Shown here piece after piece: positions 1-10,613 of a DNA stretch of 64,000 nt. A program made the position numbers and the translations under genes. Position 1 is the first letter of the stretch. Every line of letters starts with the position of its first letter. The stretch covers positions 24,554,001-24,618,000 of the forward strand of contig CM075987.1 of NCBI GenBank assembly GCA_038087875.1, read 5' to 3'. The notes under the pieces are model-generated. The model was not told the DNA's origin, ran no database searches, and saw only the letters and a program-made list of their open reading frames with translations. The DNA is from Malacoraja senta. Its lineage: Eukaryota.

Positions 1-1462
1 TCTGAGGTAGACAAAAGTGCTGGAGAAACTCAGCGGTGCGGCAGCATCTATGGAGCGAAGGAAATAGGCAACCTTTCGGGCCGAAACCCTTCTTCAGACT
101 GATATCTCCGGTTTCCTCCCACACCCCAAAGACGTACAGGTTTGTAGGTCAATTGGCTTGGTAAAATTGTAAATTATCCCGAGTGTGTGTGGGATAGTGT
201 TAGTCTATTTTAAATTATTTCAAAATAGACTTTATTCAGGTAATAAATATATACAATACATGAACTGTGCAAAAAATTAATCCGACATTTTCGGAGGCTC
301 TACATTCAACACTGTTTACACACATTGCTGAAATTTCACAAATTTATCCCCCCACCTTTGCCACTCGTGTGGCCCACTGGCGTGGAATCCCTTCCCTTAT
401 TTTGAGGGGCGTCTCCACCACACCCTGCCCCCGTGTCCAGCAGCGGAAGGGGCCTAGACTGTGGTCCTCCCCCACCGAGCCTTGGCGTTGGCTGCGTGAG
501 GGGCTCGCCAGTTGGCGCGGACCCGGTGGGCTCAAGGTCCTGATTCCGCGCTGTATCGCTGAACTAAACTAAATGCCCTTGAGAAAGTGGTGGTGAGCCC
601 CAATATAGTATACTTTTGTTTAGAGACACAGCAGAGAAACAGACCTTTCGGCCCATTGGGCCCACACTGACCATCGATCACTAGTTCTATGTTATCCCAC
701 ATTTGAATCCACTCCCTATACTCTCAGGGAAATTTACAGAGGCCAAAGGGCCAATCGGCCTCCTTAGGCACCTATTTTCTATGTTTCTTTGTTAATTGAT
801 CGACAAACCCGCAGGTCCTTGGGATGTGGAATGAAACGGAGCATCTGTTGGAAACCCATGTGGTCACAGGAAGAACATTCAAACTTCATGCAGAGAGCAC
901 CTTTTAGTTTAGAGATACAGTGTAGAAACAGGCCCTTCGGCCCACCGAGTCCACGCTGACCAGCGATCCCCGCATATTAACGTTATCCTACACACAGTAG
1001 GGACAATTTACACATTTACACCAAGCCAATACATCTACACACCTGTACGTCTTTGGAGTGTGGGAGGAAACCGAAGATCTCGGAGGAAACCCACGCGGTC
1101 ACGGGGAGAACGTACAAACTCCGTACAGACAGCACCCGAGGGTCGGGATCGAACCAGGGTCTCGGCGTTGCAAGCGCTGTAAGGCAGCCACTCTACCGCT
1201 GCGCCACCGTGCCGCCCTCTGAGGTTGGGATCGAACCCAAGTCTCTGACGCTGTGAGGTGGTAGTTCTACCAGCTGCACCCCCTGCCCCTCCCTACTTGA
1301 ACTGCCATTTTAGACTTTATTACACTTTCAATCTAAAACTGAGTTAAATATTGTAAATATTCTTCCTGCCTTCACCGAGCATCTCAGGAAGATTGTCAAG
1401 GAGAAAGTCCAAGAGCCTCCATGTACAGGATGTGCAGGAAGGGACTTGCGGATGCTGGTTTA
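1..1462 (+). repeat. Near-identical direct duplicate of 4509-5971 (segmental duplication or uncollapsed haplotype)
   Basis: Collinear by eye with 4509-5971, about 20 small differences over about 1.46 kb; ends at the N gap. Confidence 0.95.
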
Positions 1463-1662
1463 NNNNNNNNNNNNNNNNNNNNNNNNNNNNNNNNNNNNNN
1501 NNNNNNNNNNNNNNNNNNNNNNNNNNNNNNNNNNNNNNNNNNNNNNNNNNNNNNNNNNNNNNNNNNNNNNNNNNNNNNNNNNNNNNNNNNNNNNNNNNNN
1601 NNNNNNNNNNNNNNNNNNNNNNNNNNNNNNNNNNNNNNNNNNNNNNNNNNNNNNNNNNNNNN
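1463..1662. other. Assembly gap (200 N)
   Basis: Exactly 200 N, a fixed-size scaffolding gap. Confidence 1.
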
Positions 1663-2166
1663 ATTGAAATATATATATATATATATATATATTTCATTCT
1701 TGGTCTCGTCTGTGATTCTGAGCAATTGCAGTCACACGGGAAAAGTGCAAAAATGTAAATCTCATGCAATGGCCAAATTGTGTTGCCAGGCTATCTGCTT
1801 GTGTGAGTGTATTATGGCTCCGTTCTCAGCTTGGAGCTGCATCAATGCTCCAAGATCTTTCAATGGGGAGATAAAAATCAGAGTTAATCATGGCGTAGCC
1901 AATATGCTGAGCCCTTTGGCTGGATTGGCATAATAAATCAAGTACTTATGAGCAATTATGGAATTAGATTCCATGCAGAGAAAAACTGGCAAAGCTCTGG
2001 TGAAATGGTTATGGTGCTTCATAGGGCCTGTAATGTTTATTTTATTCATTCATAGTCTCTGTGTAGTACGGTGGCGCAGCGGTAGAGTTGCTGCCTTACA
2101 GCGCCAGAGACCTGGGTTCTTGCCATAGAGGGAGCACAGAGAAGGTTCACCAGACTGATTCCTGGG

Positions 2167-3957
2167 ATGGCAGGACTTTCATATGAAGAAAGACTGGATA
2201 GACTCGGCTTGTACTCGCTAGAATTTAGAAGATTGAGGGGGGATCTTATAGAAACTTACAAAATTCTTAAGGGGTTGGACAGGCTAGATGCAGGAAGATT
2301 GTTCCCGATGGGGGAGATATTGAACAATTTCTTTTCTTCGGTATTCACGAAGGAGAAGGATATGGAATTATGTGAGGTAAGGGAAACGAGCAGAGTAGCA
2401 ATGGAAACTGTGAGATTCAAAGAAGAGGAGGTGCGGACACTTTTGAAAAATATGAAAACGGATAAGTCTCCAGGCCCTGACAGGATATTCCCTAGGACAT
2501 TGAGGGAAGTTAGGGTAGAAATAGCAGGGGCTATGACAGAAATATTTCAAATGTCATTAGAAACGGGAATAGTGCCGGAGGATTGGCGTACTGCGCATGT
2601 TGTTCCGTTGTTTAAAAAGGGTTCGAAGAGTAAACCTAGCAATTATAGACCTGTTAGTTTGACGTCAGTGGTGGGCAAATTAATGGAAAGGTTACTTAAA
2701 GATAATATATATAAGCATCTGGATAAGCAGGGTCTGATTAGGAACAGTCAACATGGATTTGTGCCTGGAAGGTCATGCTTGACTAATCTTCTTGAATTTT
2801 TCGAAGAGGTTACTAGGGAAATTGATGAGGGTAAAGCAGTGGATGTTGTCTATATGGACTTCAGTAAGGCCTTTGACAAGGTTCCTCATGGAAGGTTGGT
2901 TAAGAAGATTCAATTGTTGGGTATTAATGGTGGAGTAGCAAGATGGATTCAACAGTGGCTGAATGGGAGATGCCAGAGAGTAATGGTGGATGGCTGTTTG
3001 TCTGGTTGGAGGCCGGTGACTAGTGGGGTGCCTCAGGGGTCTGTGTTGGGTCCACTGTTGTTTGTCATGTACATCAATGATCTGGATGAAGGTGTGGAAA
3101 ATTGGATTAGTAAGTATGCAGATGATACTAAGATAGGTGGTGTTGTGGATAATGAAGTAGATTTTCAAAGTATACAGAGAGATTTAGGCCATTTGGAAGA
3201 GTGGGCTGAAAGATGGCAGATGGAGTTTAATGCTGACAAATGTGAGGTGCTACATCTCGGCAGGACAAATCAAAATAGGACGTACACGGTAAATGGTAGC
3301 GAATTGAGGAATGCAGTTGAACAGAGGGATCTAGGAATAACTGTGCATAGTTCCCTGAAGGTGGAATCTCATGTAGATAGGGTGGTAAAGAAAGCTTTTG
3401 GTGTGCTGGCCTTTATAAATCAGAGCATTGAATATAGAAGTTGGGATGTAATGTTAAAATTGTACAAGGCATTGGTGAGGCCAATTCTGGAGTATGGAGT
3501 ACAATTTTGGTCGCCTAATTATAGGAAGGATGTCAACAAAATAGAGAGAGTACAGAGGAGATTTACTAGAATGTTGCCTGGGTTTCAGCAACTAAGTTAT
3601 AGAGAAAGGTTGAACAAGTTAGGTCTTTATTCTTTGGAGCGCAGAAGGTTAAGAGGGGACTTGATAGAGGTCTTTAAAATTATGAGCGGGTTAGACAGAG
3701 TGGACGTGGATAAGCTTTTCCCATTGAGAGTAGGGAAGATTCAAACAAGGGGACATGACTTGAGAATTAAGGGACAGAAGTTTAGGGGGAACATTAGGGG
3801 GAACTTCTTTACTCAGAGAGTGGTAGCTGTGTGGAATGAGCTTCCAGTGGAAGTGGTGGAGGCAGGTTCGATGTTATCCTTTAAAAATAGATTGGATGGG
3901 TATATGGACGGGAAAGGAATGGAGGGTTATGGTCTGAGTGCAGGTAGATGGGACTAG
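2167..3957 (+). CDS. CR1-clade non-LTR reverse transcriptase ORF2, partial (no endonuclease); N-terminal about 48 aa come from a different CR1 copy
   Basis: 596-aa ORF with RT motifs [44 protein letters not shown] and the CR1 C-terminal LERRRLRGDLIE/TRGH; no APE domain. Confidence 0.92.
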   Translation: MAGLSYEERLDRLGLYSLEFRRLRGDLIETYKILKGLDRLDAGRLFPMGEILNNFFSSVFTKEKDMELCEVRETSRVAMETVRFKEEEVRTLLKNMKTDKSPGPDRIFPRTLREVRVEIAGAMTEIFQMSLETGIVPEDWRTAHVVPLFKKGSKSKPSNYRPVSLTSVVGKLMERLLKDNIYKHLDKQGLIRNSQHGFVPGRSCLTNLLEFFEEVTREIDEGKAVDVVYMDFSKAFDKVPHGRLVKKIQLLGINGGVARWIQQWLNGRCQRVMVDGCLSGWRPVTSGVPQGSVLGPLLFVMYINDLDEGVENWISKYADDTKIGGVVDNEVDFQSIQRDLGHLEEWAERWQMEFNADKCEVLHLGRTNQNRTYTVNGSELRNAVEQRDLGITVHSSLKVESHVDRVVKKAFGVLAFINQSIEYRSWDVMLKLYKALVRPILEYGVQFWSPNYRKDVNKIERVQRRFTRMLPGFQQLSYRERLNKLGLYSLERRRLRGDLIEVFKIMSGLDRVDVDKLFPLRVGKIQTRGHDLRIKGQKFRGNIRGNFFTQRVVAVWNELPVEVVEAGSMLSFKNRLDGYMDGKGMEGYGLSAGRWD

Positions 3958-3974
3958 GGGGACGTATTCTATTT

Positions 3975-4013
<39 letters not shown>

Positions 4014-4088
4014 ATGTTTGGCACGGACTTGAAGGGCCGAGATGGCCTGTTTCCGTGCTGTTATGGTTATATGGTTATATGGTTATAT
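2311..4088 (+). mobile_element. CR1 LINE, 5'-truncated (family B), young copy
   Basis: Uninterrupted RT reading frame, 3' UTR with GGGCCGAGATGGCC hairpin and (GTTATATG)n tail; GATGGGG at both junctions (2307-2313, 4089-4095). Confidence 0.9.
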
Positions 4089-4511
4089 GATGGGGAAGTC
4101 CAGAACAAGGGGTCACAGTTTAAGGATAAAGGGGAAATCTTTTAGGACTGAGATGAGAAAAACATTTTTTACACAGAAAATCGTGAATCTCTGGAATTCT
4201 CTGCCACAGAAGGTAGTTGAGGCCAGTTCATTGGATATATTTAAGAGGGTTAGATGTGGCCCTTGTGGCTAAAGGGATCAGGGGGTATGGAGAGAAAGCA
4301 GGCACAGGATACTGAGTTGGATGATCAGCCATGATCCTATTGAATGGCGGTGCAGGCTCGAAGGGCCGAATGGCCTACTCCAGCACCTATTTTCTATGTT
4401 TCTATGTTTCTATGACCCTGACTACGGGCGCTGTCTGTACGGAGGGAGTACGTTCCCAGGGAGTACAACCCAGGGAGTACGTTCTCCCTGTGACCTGCGT
4501 GGTTTTTCTCT

Positions 4512-4611
4512 GAGGTAGACAAAAGTGCTGGAGAAACTCAGCGGGTGCGGCAGCATCTATGGAGCGAAGGAAATAGGCAACGTTTCGGGCCAAAACCCTT
4601 CTTCAGACTGA
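4512..4611 (-). mobile_element. Penelope-like terminal fragment with hammerhead-like motif, inside the SINE
   Basis: Reverse complement reads TCAGTCTGAAGAAGGGTTTTGGCCCGAAACGTTGCC...; duplicated at 4-102. Confidence 0.75.
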
Positions 4612-4712
4612 TATCTCCGGTTTCCTCCCACACCCCAAAGACGTACAGGTTTGTAGGTCAATTGGCTTGGTAAAATTGTAAATTATCCCGAGTGTGTGTG
4701 GGATAGTGTTAG

Positions 4713-5005
4713 TCTATTTTAAATTATTTCAAAATAGACTTTATTCAGGTAATAAATATATACAATACATGAACTGTGCAAAAAAATTCATCTGACATTT
4801 TCGGAGGCTCTACATTCAATACTGTTTACACACATTGCTCAAATTTCACAAATTTATCCCCCCACCTTTGCCACTCGTGTGGCCCACTGGCGTGGAATCC
4901 CTTCCCTTATTTTGAGGGGCGTCTCCACCACACCCTGCCCCCCGTGTCCATCAGCGGAAGGGGCCTAGACTGTGGTCCTCCCCCACCGAGCCTTGGCGTT
5001 GGCTG
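4713..5005 (-). mobile_element. Poly(A)-type non-LTR (L1/Tx1-like) 3' fragment, inside the SINE
   Basis: Minus strand ends AATAAA plus an A-rich tail; interrupts the SINE 3' body; duplicated at about 205-497. Confidence 0.5.
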
Positions 5006-5414
5006 CGTGAGGGGCTTGCCAGTTGGCGCGGACCCGGTGGGCTCAAGGTCCTGATTCCGCGCTGTATCGCTGAACTAAACTAAATGCCCTTGAGAAAGTG
5101 GTGGTGAGCCCCAATATAGTATACTTTTGTTTAGAGACACAGCAGAGAAACAGACCTTTCGGCCCATTGGGCCCACACTGACCATCGATCACTAGTTCTA
5201 TGTTATCCCACATTTGAATCCACTCCCTATACTCTCAGGGAAATTTACAGAGGCCAAAGGGCCAAACGGCCTCCTTAGGCACCCATTTTCGATGTTTCTA
5301 TGTTAATTGATCGACAAACCCGCAGGTCCTTGGGATGTGGAATGAAATGGAGCAACTGTTGGAAACCCATGTGGTCACAGGAAGAACATTCAAACTTCAT
5401 GCAGAGAGCACCTT

Positions 5415-5727
5415 TTAGTTTAGAGATACAGTGTAGAAACAGGCCCTTCGGCCCACCGAGTCCACGCTGACCAGCGATCCCCGCATATTAACGTTATCCT
5501 ACACACAGTAGGGACAATTTACACATTTACACCAAGCCAATACATCTACACACCTGTACGTCTTTGGAGTGTGGGAGGAAACCGAAGATCTCGGAGGAAA
5601 CCCACGCGGTCACGGGGAGAACGTACAAACTCCGTACAGACAGCACCCGAGGTCGGGATCGAACCAGGGTCTCGGCGTTGCAAGCGCTGTAAGGCAGCCA
5701 CTCTACCGCTGCGCCACCTTGCCGCCC
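5415..5727 (-). mobile_element. V-SINE nested in an older V-SINE (about 5127-5790)
   Basis: Reverse-complement head, V-domain and tail; older SINE body on the left and its head at about 5730-5790; duplicated at 617-1280. Confidence 0.85.
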
Positions 5728-6123
5728 TCTGAGGTTGGGATCGAACCCAAGTCTCTGACGCTGTGAGGTGGTAGTTCTACCAGCTGCACCCCCTGCCCCT
5801 CCCTACTTGAACTGCCATTTTAGACTTTATTACACTTTCAATCTAAAACTGAGTTAAATATTGTAAATATTCTTCCTGCCTTCACCGAGCATCTCAGGAA
5901 GATTGTCAAGGAGAAAGTCCAAGAGCCTCCATGTACAGGATGTGCAGGAAGGGACTGCGGATGCCGGTTTACACCGAAGATAGACACAAAATGCTAGAGT
6001 AACTCAGCGGGACAGGCAGCGTCTCTGGAGAGAAGGAATGGATGTATAGAATGGGTGCCATATCTATAGCCTCCATGTACATGTAGCTTCCAATTCTTCA
6101 ATAGATTCCAGTAGATTCAAAAC

Positions 6124-6441
6124 ATCACGGAGGCGCAGCGGTAGAGTTGCTGCCTTACAGCGCCAGAGACCAGAGTTTGATCCTGACTACGGGTGCTGTC
6201 TGTGCAGAATTTGTATGTTCTCCTCGTGACCTGCGTGGGTTTTCTCCGGGTGCTCCGGTTTCCTCCCACACTCCAAACACATGCAGGTTTGTAGTTTAAT
6301 TGGCTTTGGTAAAATTGTAAATTGTCCCAAGTGTGTGTTTGGGATAGTGTTAGTTTTTTGCGTGGGGGATTACTAGTCGGTGTGGACTCGGTGGGCCGAA
6401 GGGCTGGTATCCGCGCTGTATTTCTAAACTAAACTGAACTA
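6124..6441 (+). mobile_element. V-SINE (HE1-like)
   Basis: tRNA-like head, V-domain GGTTTCCTCCCACACTCCAAA, tail GGGCCGAAGGGC...(TAAAC)n. Confidence 0.9.
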
Positions 6442-6514
6442 GAAGGTGCCTTCCTATATACAGTATAACATGCCTGTGTGAAAAATGCCCATTAGCTGTG
6501 GACAGGTGCAAGTG

Positions 6515-6763
6515 TAAAACATTTTCACCCAGAGAGTTGTGAATCTGTGGAATTCTCTGCCACAGAAGGCGGTGGAGGCCAATTCACTGGATGTTTTCAA
6601 GAGAGTTAGATATAGCTCTTAGGGGCAACGGGATCAAGGGATATGGGGAGAAAGCAGGGACGGGGTACTGATTTAGGATGATCAGCCATGATCATATCGA
6701 ATGGCAGTGCTGGCTCGAAGGGCCGAATGGCCTACTCCTGCACCTATTGTCTATGTTTCTATG
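6515..6763 (+). mobile_element. CR1 LINE 3' end
   Basis: FTQRVVNLWNSLPQKAVEA... then 3' UTR and TTTCTATG tail. Confidence 0.85.
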
Positions 6764-7046
6764 TTATGAACAGTAGTACTGAACATACACGGCTGAACTA
6801 AAAAATTGGGCAAATGGGTTTATTTTACACCACTTGCTGGGTCTAAACAAATGATACTCTTTGACCGATAACAGATGTTCTGTAATGTCATCATGTAATG
6901 ACTTTAATATACAGAAAGACTGTCTGGAACACAGCCAATATCCACAAAGGAAGTCTTCATTTTATTCGACAAAAAAACAAAACTTCTGAAGAATAGTTGC
7001 TAATTAAGAAGTTGGATGATTCATAAATGACTAAAACACAAGAGCA

Positions 7047-7365
7047 GGGTGGCACGGTGGCACAAAGGTAGAGTTACGCCTTACAGCACCAGCGACCCGG
7101 GTTCAATCCTGAGTACGGGTGCTGTCTGCACGGAGTTTGTGCGTTCTCTCCATGACCTGTGTGGGTTCACTCCGGGATCCCTGGTTTCCTCCCACACTCC
7201 AAAGACGTACAGGTTTGTAGGCTTGGTAAAATTGGCTTGGTAGAATTGTAATATGTCCCTAATGTGTGTAGGATAGAGTTAGTGTGCAGGGATCATGGTT
7301 CGGCGCGGACTCGGCGGGCCGAAGGGCCTGTTCCCGTGCTGTATCTCTAAACTCAACTAAATTAA
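7047..7365 (+). mobile_element. V-SINE (HE1-like)
   Basis: Box B GGTTCAATCC, V-domain, CR1-like tail. Confidence 0.9.
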
Positions 7366-7381
7366 ACAGAGATTTATGATG

Positions 7382-7600
7382 TGTAAGAAGGAACTGCAGA
7401 TGCTGGTTTTAAACCTCTGATAGACACAACATGCTAGAATAACTCAGCGGGACAGGCAGCATCTCTGGAGAGAAGGAATGGGTGACGTTTCGGGTCGAGA
7501 CCAAACTTCAGAAGAAGGGTCTCCACCTGAAAAGTCACCCGTTCCTTCTCTCCAGAGAGGCTGCCTGTCCCACTGAGTTACTCCAGCTTTTTGTGTCCGT
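7382..7600. mobile_element. Penelope-like fold-back insertion
   Basis: Two inverted copies of the PLE terminus meet at the hammerhead-like motif; TSD CAGAG(A/G)TTT(A/G)TGATG at 7367-7381 and 7601-7615. Confidence 0.8.
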
Positions 7601-7635
7601 CAGAGGTTTGTGATGCACTTGAATAAAACAATTAC

Positions 7636-8901
7636 CGAACGCAGAACTGATTATTTTCGGAACAATGGAAGCCAGCTTTGAGCTGACTTCGTTCCAAAAA
7701 GAGCTTCCTTAATTACGGCTTAATAATGGCAAAAAAAAACTTATATACTTAAATTCTGGAAAAACGCTCCCACACCAACGATAAAAATGTGGATTTCATA
7801 TATGTCCGAACTTGGAGGTCCCTCAACACCTCCAAGCTGATCAAAAAGGCACAGCAGCGCCTTTACTTCCTGAGGAGGCTCAAGAAAGCCCACCTGTCCC
7901 CCCAGATCCTGACCAACTTCTACCGCTGTACCATCGAGAGCATCCTGACCACCTGCTTCACGGTATGGTACAGCAGCTGCACTGTTGCGGACAGGAAGGC
8001 ACTACAACGGGTGGTGAAAACCGCGCAGCACATCATCGGTGCCCCGCTCCCTGCCATGGATGCCCTCCACCGAAAACGGTGTCTGAAACGGGCTGGAAAG
8101 ATCATTAAAGACCCCTCCCACCCCAACCATGGACTGTTTGCCCTCCTCCCATCAGGGAGGCGGTACAGGAGCCTCAGGTCTCGTACCAGTAGGATGAGGA
8201 ACAGCTTCTACAATTATACCGTCGCATTGCTGAACTCGGAGTCCCGCCGATAGATTCCTCCGGTCCCTCCGTCCCCATTGTTAATTATTCTGTATTTTTG
8301 ATTATTCTGTATCCTCTTTTTTTTTTTTAATTTCTATATTGCACTACTACTACGGACTGACGCAAAACTGCATTTCGTTGTACCCATACTCAGTATTTGT
8401 GCAATGACATTAAAGTTGAATTGAATTGAATTGAATTGAATTGAACTGTTACACCTGGAAGACATGAGATTCCTCCTAGCAGGCAAATCAGACCATTTCC
8501 AAAAGATTTGGTCTCCATTTGTCGACTTATTACAAGCATAGGGTGCAACATAACTTTGAAAATAAATGGTTTCAGGACCTGGTGAGGGGTGTGTAAAGAT
8601 ACGGAGTAGGTACATCCCTTTTATCTTGTCTTATTTTACTCTCTTCTGTTCTCTATTTTTCTCTTTCTTTTTCTTTGGTTTTCTTTTTAACTCTTTCTCG
8701 TGGTTTTATGTTCCAACGGGTAATTCTCTCGACCACTCTTTCACGCACTCACTATCTTATCTAACTCTTTCTATTTTTCTTCTTTTTAAAGTTTAAAATA
8801 AGAAGTGGTACAGGAAATGTATGATGTTATATTTGGTTGATATCACTGTACAATACTTCTAATAAATAAAAATATTGGAAAAAAAAAGAAGAAAAAAAAA
8901 A
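7636..8901 (+). mobile_element. L1-clade LINE 3' fragment, interrupted by Rex1/Babar
   Basis: Perfect 15-bp TSD GAATAAAACAATTAC (7621-7635, 8902-8916); frameshifted ORF2 C-terminus ...LKFWKNAPTPTIKMWISYMSE|LLHLEDMRFLLAGKSDHFQKIWSPFVDLLQA*; T-rich UTR, AATAAA, poly(A). Confidence 0.8.
7813..8442 (+). mobile_element. Rex1/Babar LINE 3' fragment
   Basis: KKAQQRLYFLRRLKK...IESILT...DPSHP...LLPSGRRYRS; (TTGAA)n tail; GAACT at both junctions. Confidence 0.85.
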
Positions 8902-9029
8902 GAATAAAACAATTACTGGTCCACAGGGCATCAAAGCAATCAAGGAGTGGAGTCACTAATGATGAGTTCCAATTGTTAGGTAGATAGCCTGACGTGCTTG
9001 AATAATGAAACAAAGAGAAGGGAAAATAC

Positions 9030-9668
9030 ATTACACGTTTTAGCATTAAGAAGGAAATAGGCAACGTTGCCTATTTCCTTCTTAATATAATATATAAAAT
9101 ATATTATATGCCTATTTCCTTCTTAATATAATATATAAAATATATTACACGTTTTAGCATTAAGAAGGAAATAGGCAAAGGGTTTTGGCCCGAAACTTTG
9201 CCTATTTCCTTCTTAATATAATATATAAAATATATTATATGCCTATTTCCTTCTTAATATAATATATAAAATATATTACACGTTTTAGCATTAAGAAGGA
9301 AATAGGCAAAGGGTTTCGGCCCGAAACTTTGCCTATTTCCTTCTTAATATAATATATAAAATATATTATATGCCTATTTCCTTCTTAATATAATATATAA
9401 AATATATTACACGTTTTAGCATTAAGAAGGAAATAGGCAACGTTTCGGGCCGAAACCCAAAGGGTTTCGGCCCGAAACTTTGCCTATTTCCTTAAGGGTT
9501 ATTTCCTTAAGGGTTGCCTATTCCCTTAAGGGTTTCGGCCCGAAACGTTGCCTGTTTCCTTCGCTCCATAGATGCTGCTGCACCCGCTGAGTTTCTCCAG
9601 CACTTTTTGTCTACCGTCGATTTTCCAGCATCTGCAGTTCCTTCTTGAACTCTTTAGCATTAAGAAGG
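9030..9668. repeat. Complex tandem/inverted array of PLE-terminus and target-site sequence, ending in a PLE terminus
   Basis: About 130-bp unit repeated 3 times containing flank CACGTTTTAGCATTAAGAAGG and PLE GAAATAGGCAA/GGGTTTCGGCCCGAAAC; intact PLE end at about 9528-9650; TTTAGCATTAAGAAGG recurs at 9653-9668. Confidence 0.85.
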
Positions 9669-10329
9669 TTTGATATAGTGAGGACCTTTTATGGAAAGAC
9701 TGCTCTGAGCTCAAAACCTGTGACATGGCATTATTGATTGAGGAGAAGGAACAATTTCTTCACGTTGAAAGGTTGCGGAAGATGGAAGGCTTTCCTGTAG
9801 AAAATCACTAAAGCAGAGACTATCGTATCATTTAAGAGCGGGGGGGGGAAACGGATGAGTGGCTACAGACGAGGAAGACAAAGGGCTCGGGCGAGAGAGG
9901 AAGGCAGCGCGATCACTCCTACACTGGCACTGATGCATTGGATCAAATATTACTCCTTCATGATTTATACGTCGGTTGGCAAGCACATCTGTACATTGGG
10001 ATGCTGCACATTTATCAAGCGTTGCTCGAAAGCCAACAGCTTTCACAAAGAGTTCAACGCAGATTGAACGCTCACCACTTCTCATTAAGGTTCACATCCA
10101 GCCCGTTTCAAAAGGTGAGTCATCAACACAAAAGCCTTCATCAATCCAATCTGCTCTTCACCAGCAATGTATTGCACCTAAACCCAGCTAACTGATCCGA
10201 ATTATTTTAACATTGGGATGGCAGGAGCTGAATAATGGAGAAAATATTTTGGTGCACAAGAGTGGAAGAGGCCATTTGATGGTAGTTTAGTTTGCTTTAG
10301 TTTAGTTTGCTTTAGTTTAGTTTGGTTTG

Positions 10330-10613
10330 AAACTAACCTGACTGAAACTCGAATTAAGGATTAGATTAAAAGTTATATTTAAAATGTACGAATATATCTC
10401 CAATGTTGTACTTTTAGTAATTTATTCCATCATTCCTTTTCTTCCCTTTCTGTTATTCTCTTATTTTCTACCTATATATTTAAAAAATATATGTATACTA
10501 GAAGCAGAGTTAATATCAATCGATAATTAATGTAGGAATGATATACATGAAATGTTTTCAATATGATATGTACCTGCCTCTAATAAAAATATTATTTAAA
10601 AAAAAAAAAAAAA
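10330..10613 (+). mobile_element. Poly(A)-tailed LINE (L1-like) 3' UTR fragment in a SINE (GTTTA)n tail
   Basis: AT-rich, AATAAA plus A16 run, (GTTTA/GTTTG)n on both sides. Confidence 0.5.

Larger units (their letters stand above)
2120..4412 (+). mobile_element. CR1 LINE 3' fragment (family A), interrupted by CR1 family B
   Basis: 2120-2310 encodes AIEGAQRRFTRLIPGMAGLSYEERLDRLG...LFPM; continues at 4089 GKSRTRGHSLRI...; 3' UTR ends in (TTTCTATG)n; same family as 39957-40372 and 55355-56485. Confidence 0.9.
2069..5083 (+). mobile_element. V-SINE (HE1-like) split into four pieces by nested insertions
   Basis: Head 2069-2118 (box A TGGCGCAGCGG, start of box B GGGTTC), resumes about 4413-4510, 4612-4712 and 5006-5083; the pieces join into a copy like the intact one at 13911-14226. 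Confidence 0.85.

Noticed and set aside
1344..1933. ORFs spanning the N gap (also 41299-41649)
   Set aside because: Artefacts of translating Ns.
9030..9540. CRISPR-like repeat array
   Set aside because: The 'spacers' are themselves repeated, units derive from PLE and flank sequence, there are no cas genes, and the context is vertebrate.
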